A stretch of DNA of 64,000 bases from Desulfatiglandales bacterium (GCA_963665715.2 CAXXPR010000002.1:372437-436436), one strand, 5' to 3'. Shown: positions 28,730 to 39,354, counted from the stretch's first letter. Made by a program: numbers and translations. Notes: generated by a model from the sequence alone, not told the origin.

Positions 28730-31069
28730 TTAAAAAACCTTAAGGCACTTCCAGTACTCCTTTTGGATCTCAATTGCTTTATTAAGCCCAGGCAGGCCTG
28801 CCGGGTTTTCTTTTTTTACTCTTTCAATTTTATCAGGGGGAAGAGTGGGGATGCCTGCAAGCTCCTGCATTACCCTTGATCCGCATTTTTTAATTCCGTT
28901 TATACTGTAGCCTCCTTCCATCACAAACAGGATTCTGCCTCCGCACAGTTTATCTGCAAGCTCCTTTAACATCCTTGTCATTAACGCATATCCTTCAGGT
29001 GATACATTCATCTTTCCAAGGGGGTCTTCATGAAAAAGATCAAATCCGATAGACACCATAATAATATCCGGTCTGTACTCTTCTGCCACCGGGCAAAGCA
29101 GAAAGTAGAACACCTTCTGGTAATCCAGGTCGCTTAATCCCATGTGCAGGGGGACATTAACAGTGTATCCTTTTCCTTCTCCGTTTCCTGTTTCACCAAG
29201 CTTTCCTGTGCCGGGAAAGCATGGAAACTGATGTGCCGAAAAATAAAGTACATCTTTCCTGTTATAAAATATTTTCTGTGTGCCGTTTCCATGGTGAAGG
29301 TCTATGTCAACAATCAGTACCCTCTTTGCGTTGTAATGCCTTAATGCATACTCGGCACCAAGTGCAGTGTTGTTAAAAATACAAAAGCCCATTGCCCTGT
29401 CCGGTTCCGCATGGTGCCCCGGAGGCCTGATAAATGCGATGCCCGGGGAGCCTGCCGCTGTGCTGTAAAGTGTGTCAATGAGGCTGAAGACCCCTCCTGC
29501 TGCTAGCTTTGCTGTAATGTATGTCTGTGCCGTTGTCTGTGTGTCAGGGTCAAGAGATGATATTTCAATCCCTGATGTTTTTGCCACTTTTTCAATGTAT
29601 TCTTTATTATGGCACCACAGCAGTTCATCGGCACTCGCCTGCCTGGGTGTTATGAGGGTTATCCTGTCAAAAAGATAATCCGCAGAAAGTATTTCCCTAA
29701 CTGCAGGTATTCTTTTGGAACTTTCAAGATGGAAGACCCCCTTGAGGTGCTCTTCATACCGGGCATCCCACACTACCGGTATCTCTCCTGCGCCGTTTAG
29801 AATAACAGGTGTTGTTCTGATGCTGCCTTCCTCTTTTAATCCATCAAGCAGCATTGTTGATTCCGGTATCTTCCCGGAATATTTATGGAGAAGATTCTTT
29901 GCCTCTGTTCTTAAAAACGCGTTTTTACCGGGGCCTATACATGTTGAAACAATTAGCACCGCTGCCTTTCTTTTAATGTCCTCTGCGCGGTGATGTTTTT
30001 TAAGATACCTGAACTGTGCCCTGATAATTTTTTCCATGGCCTTTTCCAGGTTTTGCGGCATGGCAGAAAGATTCATGGCCATAACTGTTATGTACAGGAG
30101 CAGTTTGCCCTGGGGCGTTTTAAGAAGGTAGCTGTAGGGGTGCCTGTAGCTGAATCCTATTGATCTGTAAAAATCGGCTGCGCCTGATTCTGCATTCAAA
30201 TATATTTCGTGAGCACGGGGCCATATCTCTTTCCACAAAAGCCATGTCCCTGCAATTATGAATGTACCGGTCCCTTTTATTCTCGGGTACATGGCTGTTT
30301 CAGGCGCTGCCGGCTTACTGTTGACAGTTGCTATATACTTTACCTCTATCACCTGGCTCATGTGCCTGTACCTTTTATCAAGCAGAATTATTCCTGTAAT
30401 TCTACCTTCTGTGACTGCGGCATAAAGCATGCAGGACATTTCCGAGATAAGAATGCTGATAAGAAAGCGGACATGAAAGTACTCAAGCTGCAGTTCTGCA
30501 GCCTGTTTTAAAGAATCAAATGAAAAAGGAAAAGGTATGAAATGAATTGTTTTACCCGGGCTTACCTCTGTACTGTAAAGGGGATCATGTTCTTCAATTT
30601 TTATCAGGCTGTCAGAGGAGGGTTCAAGCCCCTTAAGAATATCAATGACCTGTTCAGCAGACTGCCGGTGTCTTTTTATTAGAAGTGAAGATTCGGTTTT
30701 TCTGATATCTTCGACTGCCCTGTTTATTTCAAAGTTAACAAGTGTTTCAATACCTGCCCGATGAATTCTTTTTGCTGCTGACATAAAGTCAATATCCGTT
30801 TCTGCTGTCTGCAGCTTATATTTTTCAGCCAGTTCTCCGTATTTAATTACAAGCCTTTCTTCGATGGATTCTGTACCATGGCTGAAAATACTTTCCCTGT
30901 TTATTAATACTTTTTCACCTTCAAAGAAAAAGTGAAGGTCTTTTATGTTTTGAGTTTCCTGGGGAAGTATACTGCCTGTGCGCAGTAATTCTGTAAGACC
31001 GTAACCGGTTTCAGGGTCTCTTGAAGAAATGGCTGATACTGCTCTTTGCAGCAGATCCGTTGTAATCAT
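28730..31069 (-). CDS. Zn-dependent deacetylase (HDAC/AcuC/AphA family) fused to an N-terminal GNAT-like domain
   Basis: C-terminal RPPGHHA, GFCIFNN, DIDLHHGNGTQ, SIGFD, EGGY; residues ~215-306 carry YIAT..PRIKGTGT (motif A) and IYLNA...AADFYRSIGF (motif B). Confidence 0.85.
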   Translation of the reverse strand: MITTDLLQRAVSAISSRDPETGYGLTELLRTGSILPQETQNIKDLHFFFEGEKVLINRESIFSHGTESIEERLVIKYGELAEKYKLQTAETDIDFMSAAKRIHRAGIETLVNFEINRAVEDIRKTESSLLIKRHRQSAEQVIDILKGLEPSSDSLIKIEEHDPLYSTEVSPGKTIHFIPFPFSFDSLKQAAELQLEYFHVRFLISILISEMSCMLYAAVTEGRITGIILLDKRYRHMSQVIEVKYIATVNSKPAAPETAMYPRIKGTGTFIIAGTWLLWKEIWPRAHEIYLNAESGAADFYRSIGFSYRHPYSYLLKTPQGKLLLYITVMAMNLSAMPQNLEKAMEKIIRAQFRYLKKHHRAEDIKRKAAVLIVSTCIGPGKNAFLRTEAKNLLHKYSGKIPESTMLLDGLKEEGSIRTTPVILNGAGEIPVVWDARYEEHLKGVFHLESSKRIPAVREILSADYLFDRITLITPRQASADELLWCHNKEYIEKVAKTSGIEISSLDPDTQTTAQTYITAKLAAGGVFSLIDTLYSTAAGSPGIAFIRPPGHHAEPDRAMGFCIFNNTALGAEYALRHYNAKRVLIVDIDLHHGNGTQKIFYNRKDVLYFSAHQFPCFPGTGKLGETGNGEGKGYTVNVPLHMGLSDLDYQKVFYFLLCPVAEEYRPDIIMVSIGFDLFHEDPLGKMNVSPEGYALMTRMLKELADKLCGGRILFVMEGGYSINGIKKCGSRVMQELAGIPTLPPDKIERVKKENPAGLPGLNKAIEIQKEYWKCLKVF

Positions 31070-31138
31070 ATTATTATTCCGGGAGCTGGTTGTTTCCCGT
31101 TATTTTAAATAAACATTTCTCTTCAGACAAGACATGTT

Positions 31139-31171
31139 AAACGGCCTCTCTAAAAAAAAGAGAGGCCGTTT
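31139..31171. terminator. GC-rich hairpin between the REC-CBS and GNAT-HDAC genes
   Basis: aaacggcctctc / gagaggccgttt perfect 12-bp stem. Confidence 0.55.
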
Positions 31172-31294
31172 CTCTCAAGGAGACTTATGCCAAGTTATGT
31201 TGTACTGTGAGGTTTCAGTACGTCTTCCCTGAAAATATCGAAAAAAAGCCGGTGGCATTTTTCCGAAACCTTTATATATTCTTTTTTTCTGCAG

Positions 31295-32134
31295 CTATTC
31301 CCCCTTATCAAGATAATAGAGGATATCCTTAAGGCGGACTATTCCCTTAAGATATCCGAAATCTATAACCGGAAGGTAATGAATGCTGTTACTGATCATC
31401 AGCTCTGCAGCGCTGTTTATCCTGTCATCAAAGTAAAGATATAGACCCTGATGCGCGCTCATGTTGTCTTTAACTTTTTTATCCGGAAGCCATCCCGGAT
31501 TTTTTAAAAGGTCTTTCCATTCCACCTTTTTATTTATGTTCTCTTCTGCCGCTCTTATAAGGTCGCTTCTGGTTATTACTCCGCAGAGCATTCCTTCAAA
31601 ATCCGTAACATGCAGCCTTTCCCTGGCAGTACCTGACTGTGCCGGGTCAAACAGCTCAAGTGCTTTTACAAGGGGGCTTTCTTTTACAAGCGGGGTGAAC
31701 CGGATATTGCTCAGATCCCGTATTCTTTTTCTGGGCCACAGAACCGGATTTTTTCTTATCTGTTTTGCCTTTGCTGTTTCACGGATTTTGTCCGCCAGAA
31801 GTTCAATATCCTCAACCGGCTTAAAAAGATAATCAAAGGCCCCTTCACGTATTGCTCTGTTTCCTGTTTCAACATCCGCATACCCTGTGAGCATGATTAC
31901 TTCTGTGTGAGGTGATAATTTCTTAAGGCGCATCAGTAATTCTATGCCGTTCATGCCCGGCATTTTTATATCCGAGATGATTACATCAAACTGCTCTTGT
32001 AAAACTTTTTGAAGTGCGTCTTCTCCATTATATTCTGCCGCAGCTTGAAACCCTCTTGAGTTTAGAAGCCGGGCAAGATTATCTGCCAGATATCTTTCAT
32101 CATCTACTATGAGTACATTGATGGAACTTTTCAC
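31295..32134 (-). CDS. Response regulator with C-terminal CBS pair (REC-CBS)
   Basis: LIVDDE, ISDIKMPG, LTGY, YLFKP; CBS motifs LCGVITRSDL and LPVID...LKGIVRLKDIL. Confidence 0.88.
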   Translation of the reverse strand: MKSSINVLIVDDERYLADNLARLLNSRGFQAAAEYNGEDALQKVLQEQFDVIISDIKMPGMNGIELLMRLKKLSPHTEVIMLTGYADVETGNRAIREGAFDYLFKPVEDIELLADKIRETAKAKQIRKNPVLWPRKRIRDLSNIRFTPLVKESPLVKALELFDPAQSGTARERLHVTDFEGMLCGVITRSDLIRAAEENINKKVEWKDLLKNPGWLPDKKVKDNMSAHQGLYLYFDDRINSAAELMISNSIHYLPVIDFGYLKGIVRLKDILYYLDKGE

Positions 32135-32160
32135 AACTGTCCCTTCTGCATTGCTTTATA

Positions 32161-32559
32161 CTAATTTTTATACATATGAAAAGCAAAAGTCAGGATCAGA
32201 ATAAGCAGCGCCCCGCACACAGTGTGTCCCCATTTGCCTTTTTTTACGGGCTTCGGATTATTTTCTCCCTTCGGGTTTTCAAGGTAAAGGTGCAGTCTTA
32301 AAACCGAATTATAAATCCAGTTCCAGGTCAGACTTATTATAAAAAGGACAGACAGAGCAAAAAGCAGGTGATGTCCGTTAAAGCCGGCAGACTTTAGCTT
32401 TTGGCCTATACCAGACGGGTTCAGCGGGCCTTCGGCTGTACCAAAAAATCCGAGGTAGTAAAGGCCAATGGATATGGCCAGGACTATCATGTTGTAACCG
32501 AATTTTCTTATCTGATTCTTTGTATTATCCGGGTAACCGGAATTGTCTCTGTTTTTCAT
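32161..32559 (-). CDS. Small membrane protein, hypothetical
   Basis: Three hydrophobic segments; co-oriented between the TauE and REC-CBS genes; start at 32559 chosen from an RBS-like aaggt. Confidence 0.65.
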   Translation of the reverse strand: MKNRDNSGYPDNTKNQIRKFGYNMIVLAISIGLYYLGFFGTAEGPLNPSGIGQKLKSAGFNGHHLLFALSVLFIISLTWNWIYNSVLRLHLYLENPKGENNPKPVKKGKWGHTVCGALLILILTFAFHMYKN

Positions 32560-32583
32560 AACATTACCTTTCATTTTTTTAAA

Positions 32584-32625
32584 AGGGCCGCCCGAAGTCA
32601 GAGGATTCATTTTGAGGGCGGCCCT
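32584..32625 (-). terminator. Hairpin downstream of the TauE/SafE gene
   Basis: agggccgccc / gggcggccct 10-bp stem with a short T run after it on the minus strand. Confidence 0.5.
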
Positions 32626-32643
32626 GTATCTACAGGGGGAGGG

Positions 32644-33696
32644 CTAGACACCGAGAGCTTTCATTACGTCGGGGGCCATCCTGTAGGATATAAAGGCAAC
32701 CATCAGCAGACAGTAGATCGGTACAACCCAGTTCCAGAATTTCTGCGGGAAGACCCTTGTTGCATAGGGTGCCAGAATTGCCGATCCAAGTGCCGCAAGC
32801 ATCATGGAGGGCATCAGTATAAAGTCCAGTTTAGTGCCTGTTGAGAGCATTATGAACCATACAATTGCAGCAACGGAGCTGACCGTTCCTTCCGAAATTG
32901 CTGTAACGGCAAGCTGCGCCTTTATAGGAATACCTGAGATAAGGCCGCCGATGGTAACAACCGGGCCGTATCCGCCGCCGCCGATCCCCTTGTTGAATCC
33001 TGCCAGAAACGCAAAAATACCCATTCGTTTAGGTCTGTATTCCCGTTTTCTGTCCTGTGTTTTAGCCTGGTAAACTGCCACCAGACCCATTACAAGCATT
33101 AAAAATGTTACGTAAACTTTTATCCATACCTTGGCTACTTTAAAAACTGCATAAACCGATGTTATTGAAAAAACAACCGCAAGTATCCCAAGGCCTGAAA
33201 TTAAAAGCCACAGCTTGATAGTTTCCGACATGGGGTTTAACTTCCATTCCACGTTTTCAAACTCCCTGTGCAGAAAGGTTCCTACAATCCCGCATGTGGC
33301 CTGCTGGAGCATAATGGTCGGTACAACCTGCAGCGGTGTAAAACCCATTACCATAAGCATGGGGCTCATGATTGTTCCAAAGCCCATACCTGCCGAAGCG
33401 TCCATAAATTCAAAGAACAGTCCGAGCACTACAACGTACCAGATAAGATGCCACTGGTTGGTGCCTACAAGCCCGTGACTTGTGTTGTATGCTGAATCAG
33501 CCGCCCTGCCTGTTGCCTCAAAGGGGTTGCCCGCAAGCCAGCAGGCAATACCAAAGACAATTGCAAGGGCTATAAAACCTCCAAATGCGCTTACCAGATG
33601 CCTCTTTTCAGGGATAGCCCGTTCAAGGATCGTTTTCTTTGTTTCCTCAACCTTCTGGGAAACCTCAAACCCGGTTACTTTACTCATTTCCGACAT
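32644..33696 (-). CDS. TauE/SafE (TSUP) family anion permease
   Basis: EFMDASAGMGFG and GFNKGIGGGGYGPVVT repeat motifs, many TM helices; AGGAGG RBS before ATG 33696. Confidence 0.9.
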   Translation of the reverse strand: MSEMSKVTGFEVSQKVEETKKTILERAIPEKRHLVSAFGGFIALAIVFGIACWLAGNPFEATGRAADSAYNTSHGLVGTNQWHLIWYVVVLGLFFEFMDASAGMGFGTIMSPMLMVMGFTPLQVVPTIMLQQATCGIVGTFLHREFENVEWKLNPMSETIKLWLLISGLGILAVVFSITSVYAVFKVAKVWIKVYVTFLMLVMGLVAVYQAKTQDRKREYRPKRMGIFAFLAGFNKGIGGGGYGPVVTIGGLISGIPIKAQLAVTAISEGTVSSVAAIVWFIMLSTGTKLDFILMPSMMLAALGSAILAPYATRVFPQKFWNWVVPIYCLLMVAFISYRMAPDVMKALGV

Positions 33697-33808
33697 TGTT
33701 ACCTCCTTTACATTGACCAATGTTATAAGTTCTGCTGTGAGCTCCTGTTGTATACTCTTTTATTAATATGATAGATCCGCATGAGCAGTTATCATGATGT
33801 TCCATTAA

Positions 33809-33823
33809 TCAAGATATATGCCA
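33809..33823 (-). promoter_or_regulatory. Possible sigma54 promoter of the TauE operon
   Basis: Minus strand TGGCAT-ATATC-TTGA (one deviation at -12). Confidence 0.5.
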
Positions 33824-34108
33824 TCGGTTTATGTGCGGTTGAGATTACGGCGTGTGCACCATAACTGTTTGAAAACAAAACTGAAATGCGGGAGCCTGGT
33901 TTCTGGTGATAAATGCCGGGTGAAATTTTAACCGGCCTTATGTACTCTTTCAGGTGACCGGCTGAGGATTATGTGAAACAATCTGTGGACATATCAGGTA
34001 TTGAAAATTAATTAATATATAACGGGTATTACAAAACGTCAGTATAACCGCTTAATTTGTCAGGTAAATTTATTATTAACGGTTTGAATGAACAGCTGCA
34101 CAGGATTC

Positions 34109-34123
34109 AGGCATCCTTTTTGC
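34109..34123 (+). promoter_or_regulatory. Sigma54 promoter of the antiporter gene
   Basis: AGGCAT-CCTTT-TTGC, GG-N10-GC, 60 nt before the ATG. Confidence 0.65.
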
Positions 34124-34182
34124 TCTGTATTGTAATTCAATAACTGCGTTATGATTCACACACGGATAAAAGGAGACAGTCT

Positions 34183-35217
34183 ATGTGGTTACAGGTAATA
34201 TTGTTGATCGTAGGATTTGTAATGCTTTACTACGGAGCGGAATGGCTGGTGAAGGGCTCTGCCAATCTGGCAAGAAGCCTGGGAATTTCACCCATAGTAA
34301 TCGGTCTCACGGTAGTGGCATTCGGCACATCTGCGCCTGAACTTGTAGTAAGTGTTATTTCATCTCTGGCAGGAAAGAGTATGATTGCTGTAGGTAATGT
34401 AGTTGGAAGCAACATCTGCAATATCGCACTTGTGCTCGGCGCTTCAGCCTTTCTTGTTCCTCTAAAGGCCGATAAATCCGTAATAAAACGGGATATACCT
34501 CTTATGCTTGCAATATCCCTTTATCTGCTTTTCATTACACTGGATTCAAGTATATCAAGGTTTGAAGGAGCGACCCTTTTTGCCGGTGTAATAGCTTACA
34601 CCATATTCAACTATTATATTTCGGCAAAGGAATCAAAGCTTGCAGTTTCCGGGATGTCTGCCGGGGCAGGTGCGGCAGGTTTTGATGAATATGAACACGC
34701 TGCAGAGCTTTATGATGAATCCGCGCAGGAGATTGAAGATATAGGTATTGTAGATTCCAGGGGTAAACAGATACTGCTCATAATAGCGGGTATTGCCTGC
34801 GTGGTAATAGGCGCCCAGGTACTTATTGATGCGGCAGTAATTATAATGAAAAGTTTCGGTGTAAGTGAAAAGTTTATAGGTCTTACTATCGTCGCACTGG
34901 GTACATCTCTGCCGGAACTTGCCACATCGGTAGTGGCAGCCCTCAGAAAGGAAATGGACATAAGCATAGGCAACCTTATAGGCAGCAATGTGTTTAATAT
35001 CCTTTCAGTCATCGGAATGGCCGGCATGGTGCGCCCTGTGCCCATACCGGGAGGCTTTATTGAAAGCGGTCTTGTCTATGACTACATCGTTATGATGTTT
35101 ACGAGTTTTCTGCCCTGGATCATAATGCGGAAAGATTACACCATAGGCCGCAAAGGCGGCGGATTGCTGCTTGCATGTTACATAGGCTATATTGCCTATC
35201 TTATTTATATGCGATAA
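34183..35217 (+). CDS. Calcium/sodium antiporter (YrbG/CaCA family)
   Basis: Duplicated alpha repeats GTSAPEL..GNVVGSN and GTSLPEL..GNLIGSN. Confidence 0.95.
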   Translation: MWLQVILLIVGFVMLYYGAEWLVKGSANLARSLGISPIVIGLTVVAFGTSAPELVVSVISSLAGKSMIAVGNVVGSNICNIALVLGASAFLVPLKADKSVIKRDIPLMLAISLYLLFITLDSSISRFEGATLFAGVIAYTIFNYYISAKESKLAVSGMSAGAGAAGFDEYEHAAELYDESAQEIEDIGIVDSRGKQILLIIAGIACVVIGAQVLIDAAVIIMKSFGVSEKFIGLTIVALGTSLPELATSVVAALRKEMDISIGNLIGSNVFNILSVIGMAGMVRPVPIPGGFIESGLVYDYIVMMFTSFLPWIIMRKDYTIGRKGGGLLLACYIGYIAYLIYMR

Positions 35218-35242
35218 CCGGATGATAAAACGCGGCAGGAAA

Positions 35243-35446
35243 ATGGAAGCTCCAAAGGTTAAGGCTGTTATGAAAAGATATTCAGGGGGCGTTACCTCAA
35301 AAATAACGGTAAAGCCCTCTGATAAACTTACTGATGCAGTAAAAAGAATGCTTTTTTACAATGCCTCCAGTCTCACGGTTGAAGAGGAAGGCTGCCCCGT
35401 GGGAGTGCTTAAGCTTAAGGATGCATTAAAGGAGCTGGGGCTGTGA
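35243..35446 (+). CDS. Small single-CBS-domain protein
   Basis: V.AVM, TVKPSD.L.DAV..M, L.V.E...PVGVL...DAL; start uncertain (35222 or 35243). Confidence 0.7.
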   Translation: MEAPKVKAVMKRYSGGVTSKITVKPSDKLTDAVKRMLFYNASSLTVEEEGCPVGVLKLKDALKELGL

Positions 35447-36856
35447 ATCCTCCCTGCCTTTTTCTCTATAGTCTTCCGCTTCAAGACCAACCTGCTTCAT
35501 AAGCCTGTGCATGTACTGACGCTGTATTCCTGCTGTTTCGGCAGCCTGGCTGATATTTCCTCTGGTGTCCTTTAAACGTGCCTCTATATACTGCCGGAAA
35601 AACATCAGCATGAATTCATCCCTTGCTTCTCTAAATGGCTTTTTAAGTATTTCCTCATCAAGCACAGAAAGATCATTTGCGTGATCCTCATTTTTCATCT
35701 GCAGGTCAGCCATGTCCAGAGTGTCTGATCTGCAGAATATGACAGCTCTTTCCATCATGTTTTCCAGCTCGCGTATGTTGCCGCAAAAATCGTTGGTGCA
35801 CAGCTTTGCAGAAGCTCTTCCCGAAATCCCCTTTATGTTTTTCTGGTAGAGCAGAGAATATTTTTTAAGGAAATGATGGGCCAGCATGGGTATGTCTTCG
35901 CGGCGTTCCCTCAGTGCAGGTGTTTCAAGTCTTACCACATTAAGCCTGTAAAAAAGGTCTTCCCTGAATGTTCCCTTCTGAATATCCTCCTCAAGATTGT
36001 GATTTGTGGCAGCAATAAAGCGGATATCAGCCTTTTGAGTATGTGTGCTCCCAACAGGCTTGTATTCTCCTTCCTGTATCAGCCTTAACAGTTTTGTCTG
36101 CATCAGAGGATTAAGGTCGCCTATCTCATCCAGAAAAAGCGTTCCCCCGTCAGCCATGGTGACAAGACCTTTTTTATCCTTCCATGCACCTGTGAAGGCT
36201 CCCTTTACATGGCCGAAGAGTTCACTTTCAATAACGTTTTCTGTTATTGCAGTACAGTTGACCGTTACATAGGGGCCTGACTTTCTAGTGCTGAGCTGAT
36301 GCAGCGCACGTGCTACCAGTTCCTTTCCCGTACCGCTTTCTCCTGTCACAAGCACGGTTGCAGTGGTAGGCGCGACCTGGGTTATGTCATCTATGAGTTT
36401 ATTGATTATCCCTGAAGAACCGATAATTGAAGGTATCCCGTGTTTTTTACCGAGTTCTTTTCTAAGGGCAATATTCTCTGAAACAATGTTTTTCCATTTA
36501 ATAACCTTCTCTACTGTAAGTACAATCCGCTCTCTCTGAAAGGGCTTTGTTATATAGTCAAAGGCTCCTTCTCTTATTGCTTCAACCGCAGTATCTATGG
36601 TGGCATATGCTGTAATCATAATTACGGAAATATCCGGTCTTACGGCCTTCATTTTTTTTAAAAGATCAAGCCCGCTCATGCCCGGCATTTTCATGTCCAG
36701 TATTACAAGGTCAAACTTGTTTTTTTCAAAGAGTACCAGTGCCTTTTCAGGATTATTTTCTGTAGTGACACTGTTTCCTGTATCTTCTTCTATTATGCGC
36801 GATAACAGGAGGAGCATGTCCTTTTCATCGTCAACAATAAGTACGCTCCCTTTCAT
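35426..36856 (-). CDS. Sigma54-dependent response regulator (NtrC family: REC-AAA+-Fis HTH)
   Basis: GESGTGKE, ESELFGH.KGAFTGA, LFLDEIG, FREDLFYRL, GNIRELEN, GNISQAA. Confidence 0.97.
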   Translation of the reverse strand: MKGSVLIVDDEKDMLLLLSRIIEEDTGNSVTTENNPEKALVLFEKNKFDLVILDMKMPGMSGLDLLKKMKAVRPDISVIMITAYATIDTAVEAIREGAFDYITKPFQRERIVLTVEKVIKWKNIVSENIALRKELGKKHGIPSIIGSSGIINKLIDDITQVAPTTATVLVTGESGTGKELVARALHQLSTRKSGPYVTVNCTAITENVIESELFGHVKGAFTGAWKDKKGLVTMADGGTLFLDEIGDLNPLMQTKLLRLIQEGEYKPVGSTHTQKADIRFIAATNHNLEEDIQKGTFREDLFYRLNVVRLETPALRERREDIPMLAHHFLKKYSLLYQKNIKGISGRASAKLCTNDFCGNIRELENMMERAVIFCRSDTLDMADLQMKNEDHANDLSVLDEEILKKPFREARDEFMLMFFRQYIEARLKDTRGNISQAAETAGIQRQYMHRLMKQVGLEAEDYREKGREDSQPQLL

Positions 36857-38983
36857 TTATTCTCCCCTTTCATAAACAGGCAGTTTAAGTTTAATAAGCG
36901 TGCCGTGTTTTGTTTTTGAGACCATGGGTGAATCCGCAGACACGCTGTGGCACTCAATGTTTCCGCCGTATTTAGTTATAATGCCGTAAACAATGGCAAG
37001 ACCGAGGCCGGTTCCTTCACCTTCCGGCTTGGTGGTATAAAAGGGCTCAAAAATTCTGTCCATATCTTCGACCGAAATACCCGTGCCTGTGTCTCTTATC
37101 TCTATTACCGCCTTTTTCCTGTTTTCATTAAAGCGTGAACAAAGGGAGAGTGTGCCTCCTCCCTTCATTGCATAGACTGCATTGTTTATAAGGTTTAAGA
37201 TAACCTGCTGCAGTTCCCCGGGGTCTCCCTTGATCATCGGGATAGTATCGTCAAGGTCATATTCAAGCCGGATATTATCCATTTCAAGTGTGTGAGATAC
37301 AATCTTGAATATATCTCTTATCTGGCTGTTGATGTCGGCCTTAACATCCCTGTTTTCACCGAAACGTGCAAAACGGAGCAGGTTTTCCACAACCTGTTTG
37401 CAGTGCATTCCCTGTCTTTCAATAATTTTAAGGTCGTCATATATTCGGGAACCTTTTTCGGATTTTCTGATCAGGTCATCGGTAAACCCGAGTATAACCC
37501 CAAGCGGGTTGTTTACCTCATGAGCCACACCGGCTGCCAGGGTACCTATTGAGGCAAGCTTCTCCGTATTGATCATCTGAAGTTCCATGTTTTTTTCACG
37601 GGTAACATCCCTTGCTATACAGAGAACTGTACCTACTGTTCCTGATTCTTCCCGTATGGGCATAAAGTTGATGTTAAGCCAGAGTTTGTCTTCTTCGGTC
37701 TCAATAAAAAATTCTTTCCGTATGCTTTTGCCGTGTTTGTAAACATGCTCCAGGATTACCCTGTGTTCCTTTGACGTGTCCTCAGGAAAGACCGCCTGGA
37801 GATCCTTGCCCTTGAAGTCGTCAGGGAATCCTCCGAAAAATGCAGCGGTAAAGCTGTTCATGGAAACAAGGATGCCTTCCCTGTTAAGAGTGTAGATAAA
37901 GTCTTCGGCACTTTCCACAAGCGACCTGTATTTTTCTTCCGACCTTTTAAGCATGCCGGTACGCACTTCAATAATGCTTTCCAGTTTCCTGTTCCACCGC
38001 CTCTCGTTAAAAAATATTGCCCCGGCCGAAAGAACAAGAATCAGGATTATCACTGCATGGGAAAGAAACCGCCACAGGTAAGTTCTGTTTATGTATTCAT
38101 CAATTTCAGCAGAAGGTGCAGCTACAGCCACAGACCAGCTGATAACAGGATCTTTAGATATGCTCACCGGCGCATAGGCTATCAGTTTTTCAATCTGCCC
38201 GGTAATGCCCCTGTGCCATCCGGATGTATATACGCCAGAGCCTTCAAGCCCTTTGAGCATATTGTTTTCCTGAATAAAATTAATATTTTTATGAGAAATA
38301 TCCGGGTCTCTTTTGTCCCTTGCCATGAACGCATTTTGACCGATAAACCCGGTAAAGGGGTGAAAAAGAAATAAGCCGTCCCCATCAATGAGCCATGCAT
38401 AGCCTGTTTTGCCTGAACGTGTTTCCCTTAAAAACCGCGCCAGAAATCCGGGTACATCAAGCTCAAAGGTGAGGAGCCTGTCAGGTTTTACTGATTTTAA
38501 CAGCACCATGTTTTTACTGTCCATCATATAAACAGAAGGAAATGTTCTGCTGTTTTTATGGATTTTGATTTTAAAATCCTGAACCGGTGATTTTTTTAAA
38601 GTCTTCCACTGATGGGAGTAGTCATAGGACGAACATTGAAAGGATGAAAGATCATAGATACTGATTTTGTAAATTCCGTCTTTTATTATCCGGGTAAAGG
38701 TGTTTTTCAGATATCTCCGGGTCTCAGGTTCATCTGCATCACGGATTACAGATGCGGCAAGATCCATTTCATTTTTTAAAAACTCAAGTTCCTGCTCTAT
38801 ATTCCATTTTATATTTCTGGCAATAACAAGCTGTTCTTCGTTGAACTGTGCTTTGGATATATTCCTGAGATTCCTGCTGGACCGAAGGTCAATAAACCCG
38901 CTTACGCCCAGAATAATAAGCGTACTGATTATGAGCGCAGATACAATTTTTAATGTCCTGCCTTTAAATAGTGAAACTGACAA
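36857..38983 (-). CDS. Cache-PAS sensor histidine kinase
   Basis: GKTGYAWLID Cache motif, SEEKYRSLVE PAS, AHEVNNP, NLINNA, DTGTG, GTGLGL; adjacent to the NtrC-type gene. Confidence 0.95.
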   Translation of the reverse strand: MSVSLFKGRTLKIVSALIISTLIILGVSGFIDLRSSRNLRNISKAQFNEEQLVIARNIKWNIEQELEFLKNEMDLAASVIRDADEPETRRYLKNTFTRIIKDGIYKISIYDLSSFQCSSYDYSHQWKTLKKSPVQDFKIKIHKNSRTFPSVYMMDSKNMVLLKSVKPDRLLTFELDVPGFLARFLRETRSGKTGYAWLIDGDGLFLFHPFTGFIGQNAFMARDKRDPDISHKNINFIQENNMLKGLEGSGVYTSGWHRGITGQIEKLIAYAPVSISKDPVISWSVAVAAPSAEIDEYINRTYLWRFLSHAVIILILVLSAGAIFFNERRWNRKLESIIEVRTGMLKRSEEKYRSLVESAEDFIYTLNREGILVSMNSFTAAFFGGFPDDFKGKDLQAVFPEDTSKEHRVILEHVYKHGKSIRKEFFIETEEDKLWLNINFMPIREESGTVGTVLCIARDVTREKNMELQMINTEKLASIGTLAAGVAHEVNNPLGVILGFTDDLIRKSEKGSRIYDDLKIIERQGMHCKQVVENLLRFARFGENRDVKADINSQIRDIFKIVSHTLEMDNIRLEYDLDDTIPMIKGDPGELQQVILNLINNAVYAMKGGGTLSLCSRFNENRKKAVIEIRDTGTGISVEDMDRIFEPFYTTKPEGEGTGLGLAIVYGIITKYGGNIECHSVSADSPMVSKTKHGTLIKLKLPVYERGE

Positions 38984-39354
38984 TTTATGTGTTACCCTTA
39001 AAAATAATAATTATACGGACTCTTTCCATGGTCAAACAATCCGCAGATATCTGAAAGAAAATATAATCGCAAAGCCCGTGCCATATAATTGAAATGCTTT
39101 AATGGCGTAAAGTGGTGTATTTACATGGAATTTGATGATAGTGGGAAAGGGGACGCTGCTGGAAATGTTTAACCATTGTAAAGGCTTTTTACAATGTGGA
39201 AAACATGGGGCAGGTATATCCACAAGTTAGTTATCTTTACAGTCTGAAAAGAATATTTACATGACCTGTTGTCTACACATGAAATAATGATCCTCCCCGG
39301 CAGTTAAAACCCCTGTAAACCTGTCATACAGCGTGCTGTTACTTTTGCAGGTGC

